Source: an uncultured Chloroflexia bacterium | GTDB taxonomy: Bacteria > Chloroflexota > Limnocylindria > QHBO01 | Length of the DNA stretch: 64,000 nt | NCBI GenBank assembly: GCA_963807915.1 | Contig: CAWEDO010000002.1 | Location: 105,502 to 169,501, forward strand | Direction of reading: 5' to 3' | Shown here: in pieces, positions 1 through 8,862 of the stretch | Numbering within the stretch: the first letter of the stretch is position 1 | How the letters are laid out: every line of letters starts with the position of its first letter | Notes under the pieces: generated by a model | Seen by the model: only the letters and a program-made list of their open reading frames with translations | Database searches by the model: none | What the model was told of the DNA's origin: nothing | Program-made: the position numbers and the translations under genes

Positions 1-1126
1 GGCGACCTTCCTGCGGCGGCGACCGGACTGGCACGGCCGCGTGGTCGTGGTCGAGCGCGATCCGACCTTCCGCACCTCCTCGACGACGCTCTCCGCAGCC
101 TCGATCCGGCTCCAGTTCAGCACCCCGCTGAACATCGAGATCAGCCGCTTCGGGGTGGAGGTCATCAAGCACCTCGACACCTGGCTCGGCGTGGCGGGTC
201 AGCCGGAGCCGGAGGTCGACTTCGTCGAGGGCGGCTACCTCTTCCTGGCCAGTGCGGCCGGCATGCCGATCCTCGAGAGCAACCACGCTGTCCAGCGTGA
301 GCACGGCGTGAACGTGGCCCTGCTGACGCCGATGGAGCTCCAGGCCCGCTTCCCGTGGCTCAACGTCGATGACGTGGCCGGCGGCTCGCTGGGACTGGCC
401 GACGAGGGGTGGTTCGACGCCTATGCGCTGCTCCAGGCCTTCCGCCGCAAAGCGCGCTCCCTCGGCGCGGAGGAGATCGCCGCCGAGGTGGTCGAGGTCG
501 AACGCGACGGTGGGCGTGTAACCGGCGTACGGCTCGCCGACGGTCGTCGGATCACGGCCGACTGGGTCGTCAACGCGGCCGGCCCCAGAGCGGCGGGAGT
601 CGCCGCCATGGCGGGGCTCGAGCTGCCGGTCAGCCCGCGCAAGCGGATGGTGTTCCACTTCGACTGCCGGACGCGGATCGAGAGCCCGCTGACGATCGAC
701 ACCTCGGGCGTCTACTTCCGCCCGGAGGGGCCGAACTACATCGCCGGCTCGTCCCCGCACGGCGAGCAGCCGGACCCCGACACGTTCGACCTGGAGGTCG
801 ATCGGTCCTGGTTCGAGGAGGTCATCTGGCCGGCGATCGCCCATCGCGTGCCGGCGTTCGAGGCGATCCGCCTCCTCGACGCGTGGGCCGGCCACTACGA
901 GGTGAACACGCTCGACCACAACGCGGTCATCGGCCCGCACCCCGAGCTGCCCAACTTCCTGTTCGCCAACGGCTTCTCGGGGCACGGCCTGCAGCAGGCT
1001 CCGGCGGCCGGGCGCGCGCTGTCGGAATGGATCGCCACCGGGGACTACGAGACGATCGACGTGCGGCCGCTCGGCTACGAGCGCGTCGCCCGCAACGAGC
1101 CCTACGAAGAGCTCAACGTGATCTAG
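1..1126 (+). CDS. FAD-dependent oxidoreductase (DAO / glycine-sarcosine oxidase-like family), 5' partial; the reading frame runs open from base 2
   Basis: 361-aa ORF with DAO-family motifs (GSLGLADEGWFDAY, NAAG, GFSGHGLQQAPAAG); no stop upstream to the window edge; high GC3. Confidence 0.8.
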   Translation, partial: ATFLRRRPDWHGRVVVVERDPTFRTSSTTLSAASIRLQFSTPLNIEISRFGVEVIKHLDTWLGVAGQPEPEVDFVEGGYLFLASAAGMPILESNHAVQREHGVNVALLTPMELQARFPWLNVDDVAGGSLGLADEGWFDAYALLQAFRRKARSLGAEEIAAEVVEVERDGGRVTGVRLADGRRITADWVVNAAGPRAAGVAAMAGLELPVSPRKRMVFHFDCRTRIESPLTIDTSGVYFRPEGPNYIAGSSPHGEQPDPDTFDLEVDRSWFEEVIWPAIAHRVPAFEAIRLLDAWAGHYEVNTLDHNAVIGPHPELPNFLFANGFSGHGLQQAPAAGRALSEWIATGDYETIDVRPLGYERVARNEPYEELNVI

Positions 1127-1139
1127 TCGGGGGTCTTCC

Positions 1140-1994
1140 CTACTGGCACCTGCGGTCGTACGGCGCGGCATCCACGAAGGAGAGGAACTTGACGTCCTGC
1201 CGGTCGAGGCTGCCGAAGGTGTACTGCGAGGTGTCGATGATCACGACCCCATCGGTGCTGATTTCCACCGCGAAGCGGTCCATGCCCCGCGCCGCTGGCC
1301 CAACCTTGAGCTTCTCGCCGAGGATGTTGTAGGTGCTGCCGTGGCAGCGGCAGGTGAACCGTTTCAGCTCGTCGCAGAGCCCCGGCACCTGGCAGCCGAG
1401 GTGCGGGCACTTGCGGTACAGGGCCAGCATCTGGTCGGCGGCGGGGTTCGGGACGGAGGCATCGTGCCCCAGCGCGAGCTCCTTTGCGGCCGGCACGTTG
1501 ATGAGGAACGAGCGCGCCGCCGGGACCGAGTAGGGCCAGCCGTTCGCGAAGGTCGGCTGCTTGGCGACGATGTCGGCGAGCCTGCCGACCGCGAACTTCG
1601 CGCCGAGCCCGGCGCGGATCTGGGGCCACAGGAACGCGATCGAGCCGCCGATGAACTCCAGCGCCAGGATGCCGGCCCCCACGCCCAGCATCCGGCCCAG
1701 GAAGGCGCGCCGGCTCATCTCGCCAATCGGCTGCTTCTCTACGACGCCGTACGGTCGGGACACGGGCACTGCCATCACGATCTCCCTTCGCGGCATGGCC
1801 GCTACCAGCTGGGCCGGCGGACGCACCAGCCGATGGAGTCGCGCGTCGAGGCCGCCGCGCGCCAGGTCCAGCAGGTCGAGCCAGCCGGGCTGTCGCTCCG
1901 CCAGGAGGGCGGCCATCTCGGCGCCGTAGCGCTCGCGCCACGGGCGCGGATACGCTCGCAGCACGAGGCCGACCGCCGACGCCGGAGCCGCCAC
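1140..1994 (-). CDS. Rieske [2Fe-2S] protein with N-terminal permease-prefix-like cytoplasmic domain; alternative internal start at 1777 (RBS GGGAG plus ATG) would give a standalone TAT-signal Rieske protein
   Basis: CPHLGC...CRCHGS Rieske box motifs; twin-arginine motif SRRAFLG followed by a TM helix; N-terminus YPRPWRERYGAEMAALL matches the permease-prefix motif typical of genes downstream of PadR. Confidence 0.7.
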   Translation of the reverse strand: MAAPASAVGLVLRAYPRPWRERYGAEMAALLAERQPGWLDLLDLARGGLDARLHRLVRPPAQLVAAMPRREIVMAVPVSRPYGVVEKQPIGEMSRRAFLGRMLGVGAGILALEFIGGSIAFLWPQIRAGLGAKFAVGRLADIVAKQPTFANGWPYSVPAARSFLINVPAAKELALGHDASVPNPAADQMLALYRKCPHLGCQVPGLCDELKRFTCRCHGSTYNILGEKLKVGPAARGMDRFAVEISTDGVVIIDTSQYTFGSLDRQDVKFLSFVDAAPYDRRCQ

Positions 1995-1996
1995 CG

Positions 1997-2341
1997 TCAG
2001 CCGCCCGTGGTGCCCAGGCGTGCTCGTCCGACCTGCACCAGCCGGCGCATCTCAGCGAGGTGGCTGCTCAGTGCCTCGGAACCGGAGGCCGTGATCCGAT
2101 ACGGTCGTCGGCGGTCCTCGGGGCCCATCGGCTCGATCAGCCCGCGCTTCTCGAGCCGTGCCAGCGCGCCGTACAGGGTGCCGGGCCCGATCGGCACGTC
2201 GGCGAAGGCGTTGACGTCGGTCATGATCGCGTAGCCGTGCTTCGGGGCGTCGGCGAGGCTCACCAGGATGAGGAGCGCCGGCTCGGCGAAGCGCCCCAGG
2301 TCGCTCGTGGATCGGTCGGTTCCCAGTCCGTGGCCTCCCAT
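1997..2341 (-). CDS. PadR family transcriptional regulator
   Basis: 114 aa; winged-helix motifs HGYAIM...GTLYGALARLEKRGLI typical of PadR. Confidence 0.85.
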   Translation of the reverse strand: MGGHGLGTDRSTSDLGRFAEPALLILVSLADAPKHGYAIMTDVNAFADVPIGPGTLYGALARLEKRGLIEPMGPEDRRRPYRITASGSEALSSHLAEMRRLVQVGRARLGTTGG

Positions 2342-2367
2342 CGGTCGTCGGGCGTTATAGCGTGGCT

Positions 2368-2377
2368 CGATATATCG
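2368..2377. promoter_or_regulatory. perfect 10-bp palindrome CGATATATCG 27-36 nt upstream of PadR start; candidate autoregulatory operator or -10 region
   Basis: Read directly; lies in the lower-GC PadR upstream region. Confidence 0.3.
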
Positions 2378-2472
2378 TCGCGCGTACTATGCACGTGGCT
2401 GGCGCTCGCCGTCAAGGGTGAAGCGCGGCTGTGGGCCTCGTTCGTGGCTGCCTGCGCCGAGCGCAGGGTGGG

Positions 2473-3000
2473 CTAGAAGGGCTCGCCGCGCATGACGGCG
2501 GCGATCCGCTCGAGCAGGAGTCGTGCGGTGCCGCGTGCGGCGACGTTCAGCAGCAGGCGGTCGGCCACGATCCCGATCCCACCTCCGGGCGGAGCGTAGT
2601 AGCCCTCGATCGTCAGCTCCTCGTCGGCCCAGGCCAGCGTGCCCGAGAAGACCGGGAAGAGTGGTGCAAGACCGGCGGCGCGCCACGAGATGGGCACCTC
2701 GATCGGCCCAAGGTGGCGTGTGCGAGCCACGCCGACATCCACGTAGGCGGCCTTCTTGAACGCGAGCCTGGGAGTCCCTTCGCCGACGTGCAGCTCGAGA
2801 TCCAGCAGATGGCGCTCGTGCTCGTCATCGATTCCCGGCTCGACCGGGTATCCGAGCCAGGCAGCGCGACCCTCCGGACCGAGCACCGCCAGCGCACGGC
2901 GCCTCGTCACCTTGGCGGGGACCCGGGCGCTCAGCCGGGCGGTGCCGGGCGGTGCGTCGGCCGCGGATCCGGCGTGTGGATAGGCGAGCCGTCCGGCCAT
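2473..3000 (-). CDS. hypothetical protein (start taken at internal ATG 3000; the longer ORF extends to 3147)
   Basis: ORF with high GC3; no recognisable motifs. Confidence 0.45.
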   Translation of the reverse strand: MAGRLAYPHAGSAADAPPGTARLSARVPAKVTRRRALAVLGPEGRAAWLGYPVEPGIDDEHERHLLDLELHVGEGTPRLAFKKAAYVDVGVARTRHLGPIEVPISWRAAGLAPLFPVFSGTLAWADEELTIEGYYAPPGGGIGIVADRLLLNVAARGTARLLLERIAAVMRGEPF

Positions 3001-3165
3001 GGCTACTGCGTCATGCCGGCAAAGGCGGCGGTATAGGCGATAGCGCGTCGCATCGGAGTCCTCGGAGTTGCGTGGTTGCTCACCACACGGTGCGGGACCG
3101 GCGACGCCCGGAGGCAGGGCCGAACGGCCCAGTTCTGTCCGGGCCATTGGGAAGGGTTGGCGGGC

Positions 3166-4341
3166 CTAGGGCTCGATCGAGGGTCCGAGCAGGAGGGGCA
3201 TTCCGAGCCGTTCGGCGTAGAGCGGCCGGAGCCGATCGGTGCTGTACATGGTCGCCACGTCCACGTGCCGCGGCCCCAGCGACGGGTCCGGCAGCGGGGC
3301 GTGGGCGTACTTCCCGTCGCGGATGGCGACCATCCGCCCATGGACGCCGCTGGCCAGCAGGTCCACCGCCACGTTGGCGAAGGTGGTCGCCACCATCTGG
3401 TCGAGGGCGTCGGGATCGCCGCTGCGCAGGTCGTAGGTGAGGTCGGAGTGCACGGCGTCGATGCCCGTGCGCCGATGCAGCTCCTCGGCCAGCGACGCGC
3501 CGATGTCGACCGGGCGGCGGTGACCATAGGCGTCGGGCTCCCCGTACTCGCCCAGCGTCGAGCCTGCCCACGCGGCCCCCTCCGAGGCGATCACCAGGGC
3601 GTAGCTGCTGGGGTTCGCAGCCCGATCGTCCGTGAGGAGGGTCGCCAGCCGGTCCAGGTCGAATGGGGCTTCCGGGATGACGCAGCGGCTGCTGGTGACG
3701 TAGGCCGCGTACCACGCGGAGTAGCCGCTGTTGCGGCCGAAGATTCTGAAGACGCCGATCCGTTCGTGGCTGCCCAGCGTCGTCCGCTGCCGGTTGATCA
3801 GCTCCTTGGCACGGGTCACCGCGGTCGAAAAGCCGACGCAGTACTCGGTTCCCTGCACGTCGTTGTCCATCGTCTTCGGGATCGCCACGAGGGGCACGCC
3901 TTCGCCCGCCAGGCGATCGGCGTAGCCGAGGGTGTCGTCCCCGCCGATCGTCACGAGGTGGGTGATCCCCAGGCGGGCGATGTTCTCCAGCACCACCGGC
4001 GTCAGGTCGAACCGGTCTCCATAGGTCTCGAACGAGGCCAGGCGAGCCTGGTCGAGGTGGGGCGGCAGGCTGTCTCGCTTCATGCGCGCCGGATTCGTGC
4101 GGGAGGTGTGGAGCATCGTCCCGCCGGTCCGATCGATGGCCCGTGTGTTCTCCCGCGTGAGCGTGCGCACGAACGCCTTGTCGCCCTCGCCCTCCGTTCC
4201 GAGGTGGGTGAGACCCATCCAGCCGCGCCGAATGCCGAGGATGTCCCAGCCGATCTCGCGCCCCCGATAGACGACGCTCTTGATGATCGAGTTGAGGCCG
4301 GGCACGTCGCCGCCGCCGGTCAGGATGCCGATGCGTGTCAT
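3166..4341 (-). CDS. pfkA: 6-phosphofructokinase
   Basis: MTRIGILTGGGDVPGLNSIIK, GGDDTL, MDND and TLGSHERIGVFRIFGR motifs; the N-terminal 216-aa ORF extension is low-complexity and is rejected. Confidence 0.85.
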   Translation of the reverse strand: MTRIGILTGGGDVPGLNSIIKSVVYRGREIGWDILGIRRGWMGLTHLGTEGEGDKAFVRTLTRENTRAIDRTGGTMLHTSRTNPARMKRDSLPPHLDQARLASFETYGDRFDLTPVVLENIARLGITHLVTIGGDDTLGYADRLAGEGVPLVAIPKTMDNDVQGTEYCVGFSTAVTRAKELINRQRTTLGSHERIGVFRIFGRNSGYSAWYAAYVTSSRCVIPEAPFDLDRLATLLTDDRAANPSSYALVIASEGAAWAGSTLGEYGEPDAYGHRRPVDIGASLAEELHRRTGIDAVHSDLTYDLRSGDPDALDQMVATTFANVAVDLLASGVHGRMVAIRDGKYAHAPLPDPSLGPRHVDVATMYSTDRLRPLYAERLGMPLLLGPSIEP

Positions 4342-4476
4342 GGCGACATCATGGCGCGCCACGCGATGCTCCGTCGCCGCGCGCTCGCGCCCTGGCCGGT
4401 TGCCGTGGGGGCCGATTTCGGGCACAATACCCGTCCCCCGCCGCGGCCCACGCGGTCCCCTGATTCCAGGATCGAG

Positions 4477-4671
4477 ATGACAACGACCACGACGAACGAA
4501 CGACGCTACGTGACCTGGCGCCTGCCGGACCGACAGTTCTCGAAGGTCCACCTGCAGCGCGATCCGGAGCAGACGATCTGCGGCCGGACCCTGCCCCGCG
4601 CCACCGGCTCCCCCCAGCCGCCGATCCCCGACGCGGCCATGTGCCAGGAGTGCGCGGCCTCGGAGGCCTGA
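4477..4671 (+). CDS. small hypothetical protein (64 aa) with two Cys pairs (possible zinc ribbon)
   Basis: AGGA RBS 8 nt upstream of ATG; high GC3; ICGR...MCQEC. Confidence 0.4.
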   Translation: MTTTTTNERRYVTWRLPDRQFSKVHLQRDPEQTICGRTLPRATGSPQPPIPDAAMCQECAASEA

Positions 4672-4702
4672 GCCTCTCGGCTGACGCCCTCGTCTCCCGG
4701 CG

Positions 4703-5410
4703 ATGTGCGGTCGCTTCGCGCAGCCGCGCTCGGCCGAGGAGCTGGCCCGCATCTTCCACGCCCGTCCAGCTGCGGAGGTTCCCGGCGACCGGTTCAACGT
4801 CGCCCCGACCGATGAGGTGGCCGCGGTGGTCGAGCACCACGGCGAGCGGACCGTCGACGCCTTCCGCTGGGGCCTCGTCCCCTTCTTCGCCACGACCGCC
4901 AAGGGCGCGGCGCGGCTGATCAACGCCCGCGCCGAGACGGTCGAGACCTCGCCCGCCTTTCGCACCGCCTTCGCGCGACGCCGCTGCATCATCCCGGCCG
5001 ATGCCTTCTACGAGTGGCGCCGAGAACGCGACCCCGCCAGCGGGAAGGTGATCCGCTCGCATCCTTTTGCTGTCCACCGGACCGACGGAGAGCCGCTTGC
5101 GTTCGCGGGCCTCTGGTCGATCTGGCGGGATCCGGAGACCGCGGCCCGGCTCTACACCTGCTCCATCATGACCACCGATCCGAACGAGCTGGTGGCGCGC
5201 ATCCACGACCGGATGCCGGTCGTCCTGGACCGGACCGATTGGGACGCCTGGCTAGCCGAGACGACGCCAATGGCCGAGCTGCGACCACTGCTGCGCCCTG
5301 CGCCGGCCGAGTCGCTGGACGTCTACGCCGTCTCCCCCGCCGTCAACAACGTCCGCAACGAGGGGGCGGAGCTGCTGGCGCCCCTCTCGCGCTGGAGCGA
5401 CGGCGTGTGA
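4703..5410 (+). CDS. SOS response-associated peptidase (SRAP; YedK/HMCES-type abasic-site processing protein)
   Basis: N-terminal MCGR with catalytic Cys2; conserved SRAP body (WGLVP, NARAET, YEWR, FAGLW). Confidence 0.9.
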   Translation: MCGRFAQPRSAEELARIFHARPAAEVPGDRFNVAPTDEVAAVVEHHGERTVDAFRWGLVPFFATTAKGAARLINARAETVETSPAFRTAFARRRCIIPADAFYEWRRERDPASGKVIRSHPFAVHRTDGEPLAFAGLWSIWRDPETAARLYTCSIMTTDPNELVARIHDRMPVVLDRTDWDAWLAETTPMAELRPLLRPAPAESLDVYAVSPAVNNVRNEGAELLAPLSRWSDGV

Positions 5411-5919
5411 TCGTCAGGCTTCCGGCGGACGCCGTGGTGCTCCTGGTCGGGCCGAGTGGGTCTGGCAAGAGCACCTTCGCCGCTCGGCACTTCGCGCCGA
5501 CCGAAGTGCTCTCGTCGGACGAGCTGCGAGCGATGGTCGCGGACGATCCGAACGACCAGACGGCGACCGAGGCGGCGTTCGAGCTGCTGCACGCCATCCT
5601 GGCGATGCGCCTCGCCCGTCGCCGGCTGACGGTGGTCGACGCCACCAACGTGGAAGGCTGGGCTCGCGAGCGAATCCTGGCGGGGGCGCGTCGACTGCAC
5701 CGGCCGGCCGCGGCCATCGTCTTCGACCTGCCGCTCGCCACGTGCCTCGAGCGCAACGCAGGCCGCGCCGACCGGCGCCCGCCGGCCGCCATCCGGCGCC
5801 AGCACGTGCGGGTGCGGTCTTCGCTCGACGCACTGGCCGGCGAGGGCTTCGACTCGATCGTCGTGCTCACCACCCCGGAAGCGACGGACGACGTGACTGT
5901 CGAACGAGCGGGCGCCTAG
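5407..5919 (+). CDS. P-loop kinase, polynucleotide-kinase-like (AAA_33 family)
   Basis: GTG start overlapping the SRAP stop (GTGA); Walker A GPSGSGKST; LSSDELR with a PNK-like catalytic Asp. Confidence 0.75.
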   Translation: MIVRLPADAVVLLVGPSGSGKSTFAARHFAPTEVLSSDELRAMVADDPNDQTATEAAFELLHAILAMRLARRRLTVVDATNVEGWARERILAGARRLHRPAAAIVFDLPLATCLERNAGRADRRPPAAIRRQHVRVRSSLDALAGEGFDSIVVLTTPEATDDVTVERAGA

Positions 5920-6797
5920 AGCGCGGAGGTCGTCGCGACGGCGACGTCCCGGCAGTAGTGGATGTCGGGGGCCCAGGCCTGGGCCAGGATGACGTGGAAC
6001 TCGGCGCGGGACCGCCCGTGGGGCAGGTCGACGGTCGGCAGCCAGGCACCGCTCGCGTCGGCGCTGAACGGATGCTCCGTCAACGGTCCGCCAAAGGGCC
6101 CAGGACCGGGCTGCAGCACGCCGCGCCAGGCGACGATCTCGTCGCGGTGACCACCCGAAACGGTGACCTCGGAGAGGATGCGAAGCTCGAGGCGCACCTC
6201 CTGCACCTCGCCCTTCCCCGCCATCTCGACGATGAAAGCGCCCTCGAACGGCGACTGCAGCGAGATCGGCACGGGCCGCAGCCGAATCTGGGCCGGCAGC
6301 GCGTCGAGGTTGGCAGGCGACTCCTCGAACAGACCGAACTGGCCGGTGTCGATGACCCCGGCCCGCAGCAGGGCCATTGGCTGGGCCACGTGGACGGCTT
6401 CCTCCAGCCGCGAGTCGAGGCCCATCGGCACGTCGATGTTCGCCTCGATCGTCCAGTCGCAGCGCAGCGCCTCGCCCTCGAACGAGGCGGGGCCAAGGGG
6501 CGGAACCTCGAAGGTCGTGTGCCAGGTCATCGGTTGCCCCTTGACCAGGCGCAGCGCCCCCGCCAGCTGGGCCTCGATCCGTGCCAGCTCCTCGACGCCG
6601 GTCTTCGTGACGCGGTGCGCACTGGTGCCCGCGCCCTCGGTCCTGCTGTAGCGATAGCGCTCGACGCAGCGCAGCACGGCGCGCACGCCACGCGCCTCGA
6701 TGTCACGGTCGGGGCTGTAGGTGACGGCCACGGCCACCGTGCGTCCGGGGAGGAGGACCGGTGAGTCGAGCTGCACGGCCCACTGCGGATCGCTCAC
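5916..6797 (-). CDS. hypothetical protein (293 aa)
   Basis: Long ORF with high GC3, convergent with the kinase gene and overlapping it by 4 nt. Confidence 0.55.
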   Translation of the reverse strand: MSDPQWAVQLDSPVLLPGRTVAVAVTYSPDRDIEARGVRAVLRCVERYRYSRTEGAGTSAHRVTKTGVEELARIEAQLAGALRLVKGQPMTWHTTFEVPPLGPASFEGEALRCDWTIEANIDVPMGLDSRLEEAVHVAQPMALLRAGVIDTGQFGLFEESPANLDALPAQIRLRPVPISLQSPFEGAFIVEMAGKGEVQEVRLELRILSEVTVSGGHRDEIVAWRGVLQPGPGPFGGPLTEHPFSADASGAWLPTVDLPHGRSRAEFHVILAQAWAPDIHYCRDVAVATTSAL

Positions 6798-7032
6798 GGG
6801 CGGGATCCCTCACCAACCCGGGCAACGAAATATCCCGAAGGAACTGCGCCCAATGCCGCGGTGCGAGACCGCCACATCAGTACCGGAACGCTTGATGCAA
6901 TCTCGTGATCCGGTATCGCTGCCCCTTCGGGACGACCAAAGAATAGCCCGCGCCCATGGGGACCAGCAACCCCACTTATCCCCGAGTTTTCGAGCCCGAT
7001 TCGTCCTTTTCCACAGGCCTTCCCCAATGCCA

Positions 7033-7515
7033 TCAGATCTCGCTGGCGATCACGGTACTGCGACCGGCAAGCGACCCGTCGACCCACTTCTCGATCTGGA
7101 CCGGCATCCCCGGCAGCTCCTTGGCGAACCAGAATCGGAGCTCCGCATCGGGCCCCCGGACCGTGTACAGCCAACAGTCGTACTCCCCGAACGGGAGCTT
7201 GAGGCGGAGCTCCTGGACCGTCGTGGCATCCGCGGGCTGAGAGGCATGCCGCTGGAGGTCGAGCCACGTCGAGCGGCCGAGGCTCGCTTCGCCAATCGGC
7301 GCCCCGTCGGCATCGGTCACCTGCAGCTCCTGCACCGATGTCTCGGCGTCGCCCTCCATGAAGACGATCCGCCGGAAGCTCGGCGGCTGGTCGGGAGCCT
7401 CCTCGCGCACGCGGATCGTTCGGCCGGCGGGATTACCGGCGCGAATCTGCGCTGCGCTGAACGGGGTCGGCAGGTGGTCCGGTCGAAGCCGGTGCGAATC
7501 GGGCGGGAGTGGCAT
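7033..7515 (-). CDS. hypothetical protein (160 aa)
   Basis: ORF 12 nt downstream of the hydrolase gene on the same strand. Confidence 0.5.
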   Translation of the reverse strand: MPLPPDSHRLRPDHLPTPFSAAQIRAGNPAGRTIRVREEAPDQPPSFRRIVFMEGDAETSVQELQVTDADGAPIGEASLGRSTWLDLQRHASQPADATTVQELRLKLPFGEYDCWLYTVRGPDAELRFWFAKELPGMPVQIEKWVDGSLAGRSTVIASEI

Positions 7516-7527
7516 CAGGCGACAAGC

Positions 7528-8433
7528 CTAGCCGAGGAAGTCGGCGATCATGTCCGCCACGAGCTCCGGCGCCTCGGCTGCCACCGAGTGACCGGCGCCC
7601 GGCAGCGGCACGTAGCGTGCGCCGGCGATGCGCGCCGCCACCGAGCGGGTGACCTCGGGCGGCACGACCCGATCCTCGAGCGGCCCGAGCACGAGCGTGG
7701 GCGCTGCGATCCGGCCGAGGTCGAGATGTGACGAGGTGCCGTGCTCGGCCACGAAGCGGTCGATGAAGGCCTGGGTGCCCGGCAGCCGGAGCGGGTCGAC
7801 GTACCCGCGCGCGAGCTCGCCCGCGCGGACCCCCGCGGCCCGTGCCGCGACCCGCTGCGCGCCACGCACCGCGAACCGCGCCAGGAACGGAAAGCGGATG
7901 CCGAGGCGCAGCCCGGCGGTGCCGAGCCACAGCGTGCGACCCGGATCGACGGTTGCCACCAGGACGAGGCGCTCGACCCGGTCCGGATGCGCCGCCGCCA
8001 GCCGCTGGGCGAGGCCGCCGCCCCACGACTGCCCGGCAACGTGCGCAGTCTCCCAGCCGAGCGCGTCCAGGAGGGCGACGAGGCGTTCGGCGTATGCGTC
8101 CCCGGTGAGCGGCCGGACCGGGTATCGCGTGCTCCAGCCGAAGCCAACCATGTCCGGGGCTGCGATCCGGAACCGCCCGCCGAGCCGATCGCTCACCGCG
8201 CGCCAGCCCTGCGCATTTGAGGCATAGCCGTGCAGCAGGAGCAGCCGCGGGCCGCCCTCGCCCACCTCGACGAGGTGGACCCGCTCGCCGGCGACCTCGA
8301 GGTAGCGATTCGCACCCCACGAGAGGCGCGGCAGGGCAGGGTCGGAGTGTCCGAGGCTCACCGCGACAGGGTAGCGCCGGCGCGCGCGGACCCGCCCCGC
8401 GTAGAATCGGGCACCGACAGCTGGAGGTTGCAT
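7528..8433 (-). CDS. alpha/beta hydrolase fold protein (start uncertain; may be a later GTG)
   Basis: LLLLHGYASN, nucleophile elbow GQSWGG, C-terminal His motif PGAGH. Confidence 0.8.
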   Translation of the reverse strand: MQPPAVGARFYAGRVRARRRYPVAVSLGHSDPALPRLSWGANRYLEVAGERVHLVEVGEGGPRLLLLHGYASNAQGWRAVSDRLGGRFRIAAPDMVGFGWSTRYPVRPLTGDAYAERLVALLDALGWETAHVAGQSWGGGLAQRLAAAHPDRVERLVLVATVDPGRTLWLGTAGLRLGIRFPFLARFAVRGAQRVAARAAGVRAGELARGYVDPLRLPGTQAFIDRFVAEHGTSSHLDLGRIAAPTLVLGPLEDRVVPPEVTRSVAARIAGARYVPLPGAGHSVAAEAPELVADMIADFLG

Positions 8434-8436
8434 GAC

Positions 8437-8856
8437 GTGAGCGCCGATCGGGCATCGGGATCCGGCACCAGGGCCGATCCGTGGAAGCTGAAGACGCCGA
8501 CGGGCACCTCGGCCTACGAGATGTACCGCGACGACACGCTCGATCCACCCGCCATCGTGTGTCAGGTCGGCACGACCCAGCTGCGCTACGACGCGCGAGC
8601 GATCGAGGACCTGCACGCGATGCTGAAGGCACATGGCGACTGGATGCCCCTCGGCAGCGCCGACGAGCAGAAGGAGCCCGCGGTAGGCACGGTCGAGGCG
8701 TGGGGCAGGTCCGCCGACAATCCGGTCGGGGGCTGGTACGGGTTGAAGAAGGGCCTCCGCGGCCGCTTCGGGATGTACATGCCTCCCCTGCTCGAGGCGC
8801 TGGGCCTCGCCGAGGTCGAGCACAACCCGAAGAACAACCGGATGCGGGCGCTCTAG
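8437..8856 (+). CDS. hypothetical protein (139 aa)
   Basis: GGAGG RBS 9 nt upstream of GTG; coding-type composition; conserved-looking C-terminus WYGLKKGLRGRFGMYMPPLLEALGLAE. Confidence 0.5.
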   Translation: MSADRASGSGTRADPWKLKTPTGTSAYEMYRDDTLDPPAIVCQVGTTQLRYDARAIEDLHAMLKAHGDWMPLGSADEQKEPAVGTVEAWGRSADNPVGGWYGLKKGLRGRFGMYMPPLLEALGLAEVEHNPKNNRMRAL

Positions 8857-8862
8857 GCGCCG

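Noticed and set aside
3076-4671. 531-aa plus-strand ORF overlapping phosphofructokinase
   Set aside because: Antisense to pfk, which has textbook motifs. Only its final 64 codons (4477-4671) were kept as a possible small gene.
3166-4992. Long N-terminal extensions of pfk (608 aa), the histidine kinase (14104-15594), the response regulators and the BNR gene (to 40851)
   Set aside because: The upstream parts are low-complexity and overlap neighbouring genes. Internal starts with RBS or coupling overlaps give canonical protein lengths.
6798-7032. Possible tRNA in the 235-bp gap
   Set aside because: No GTTCGAnTCC T-loop and no cloverleaf-compatible arms.
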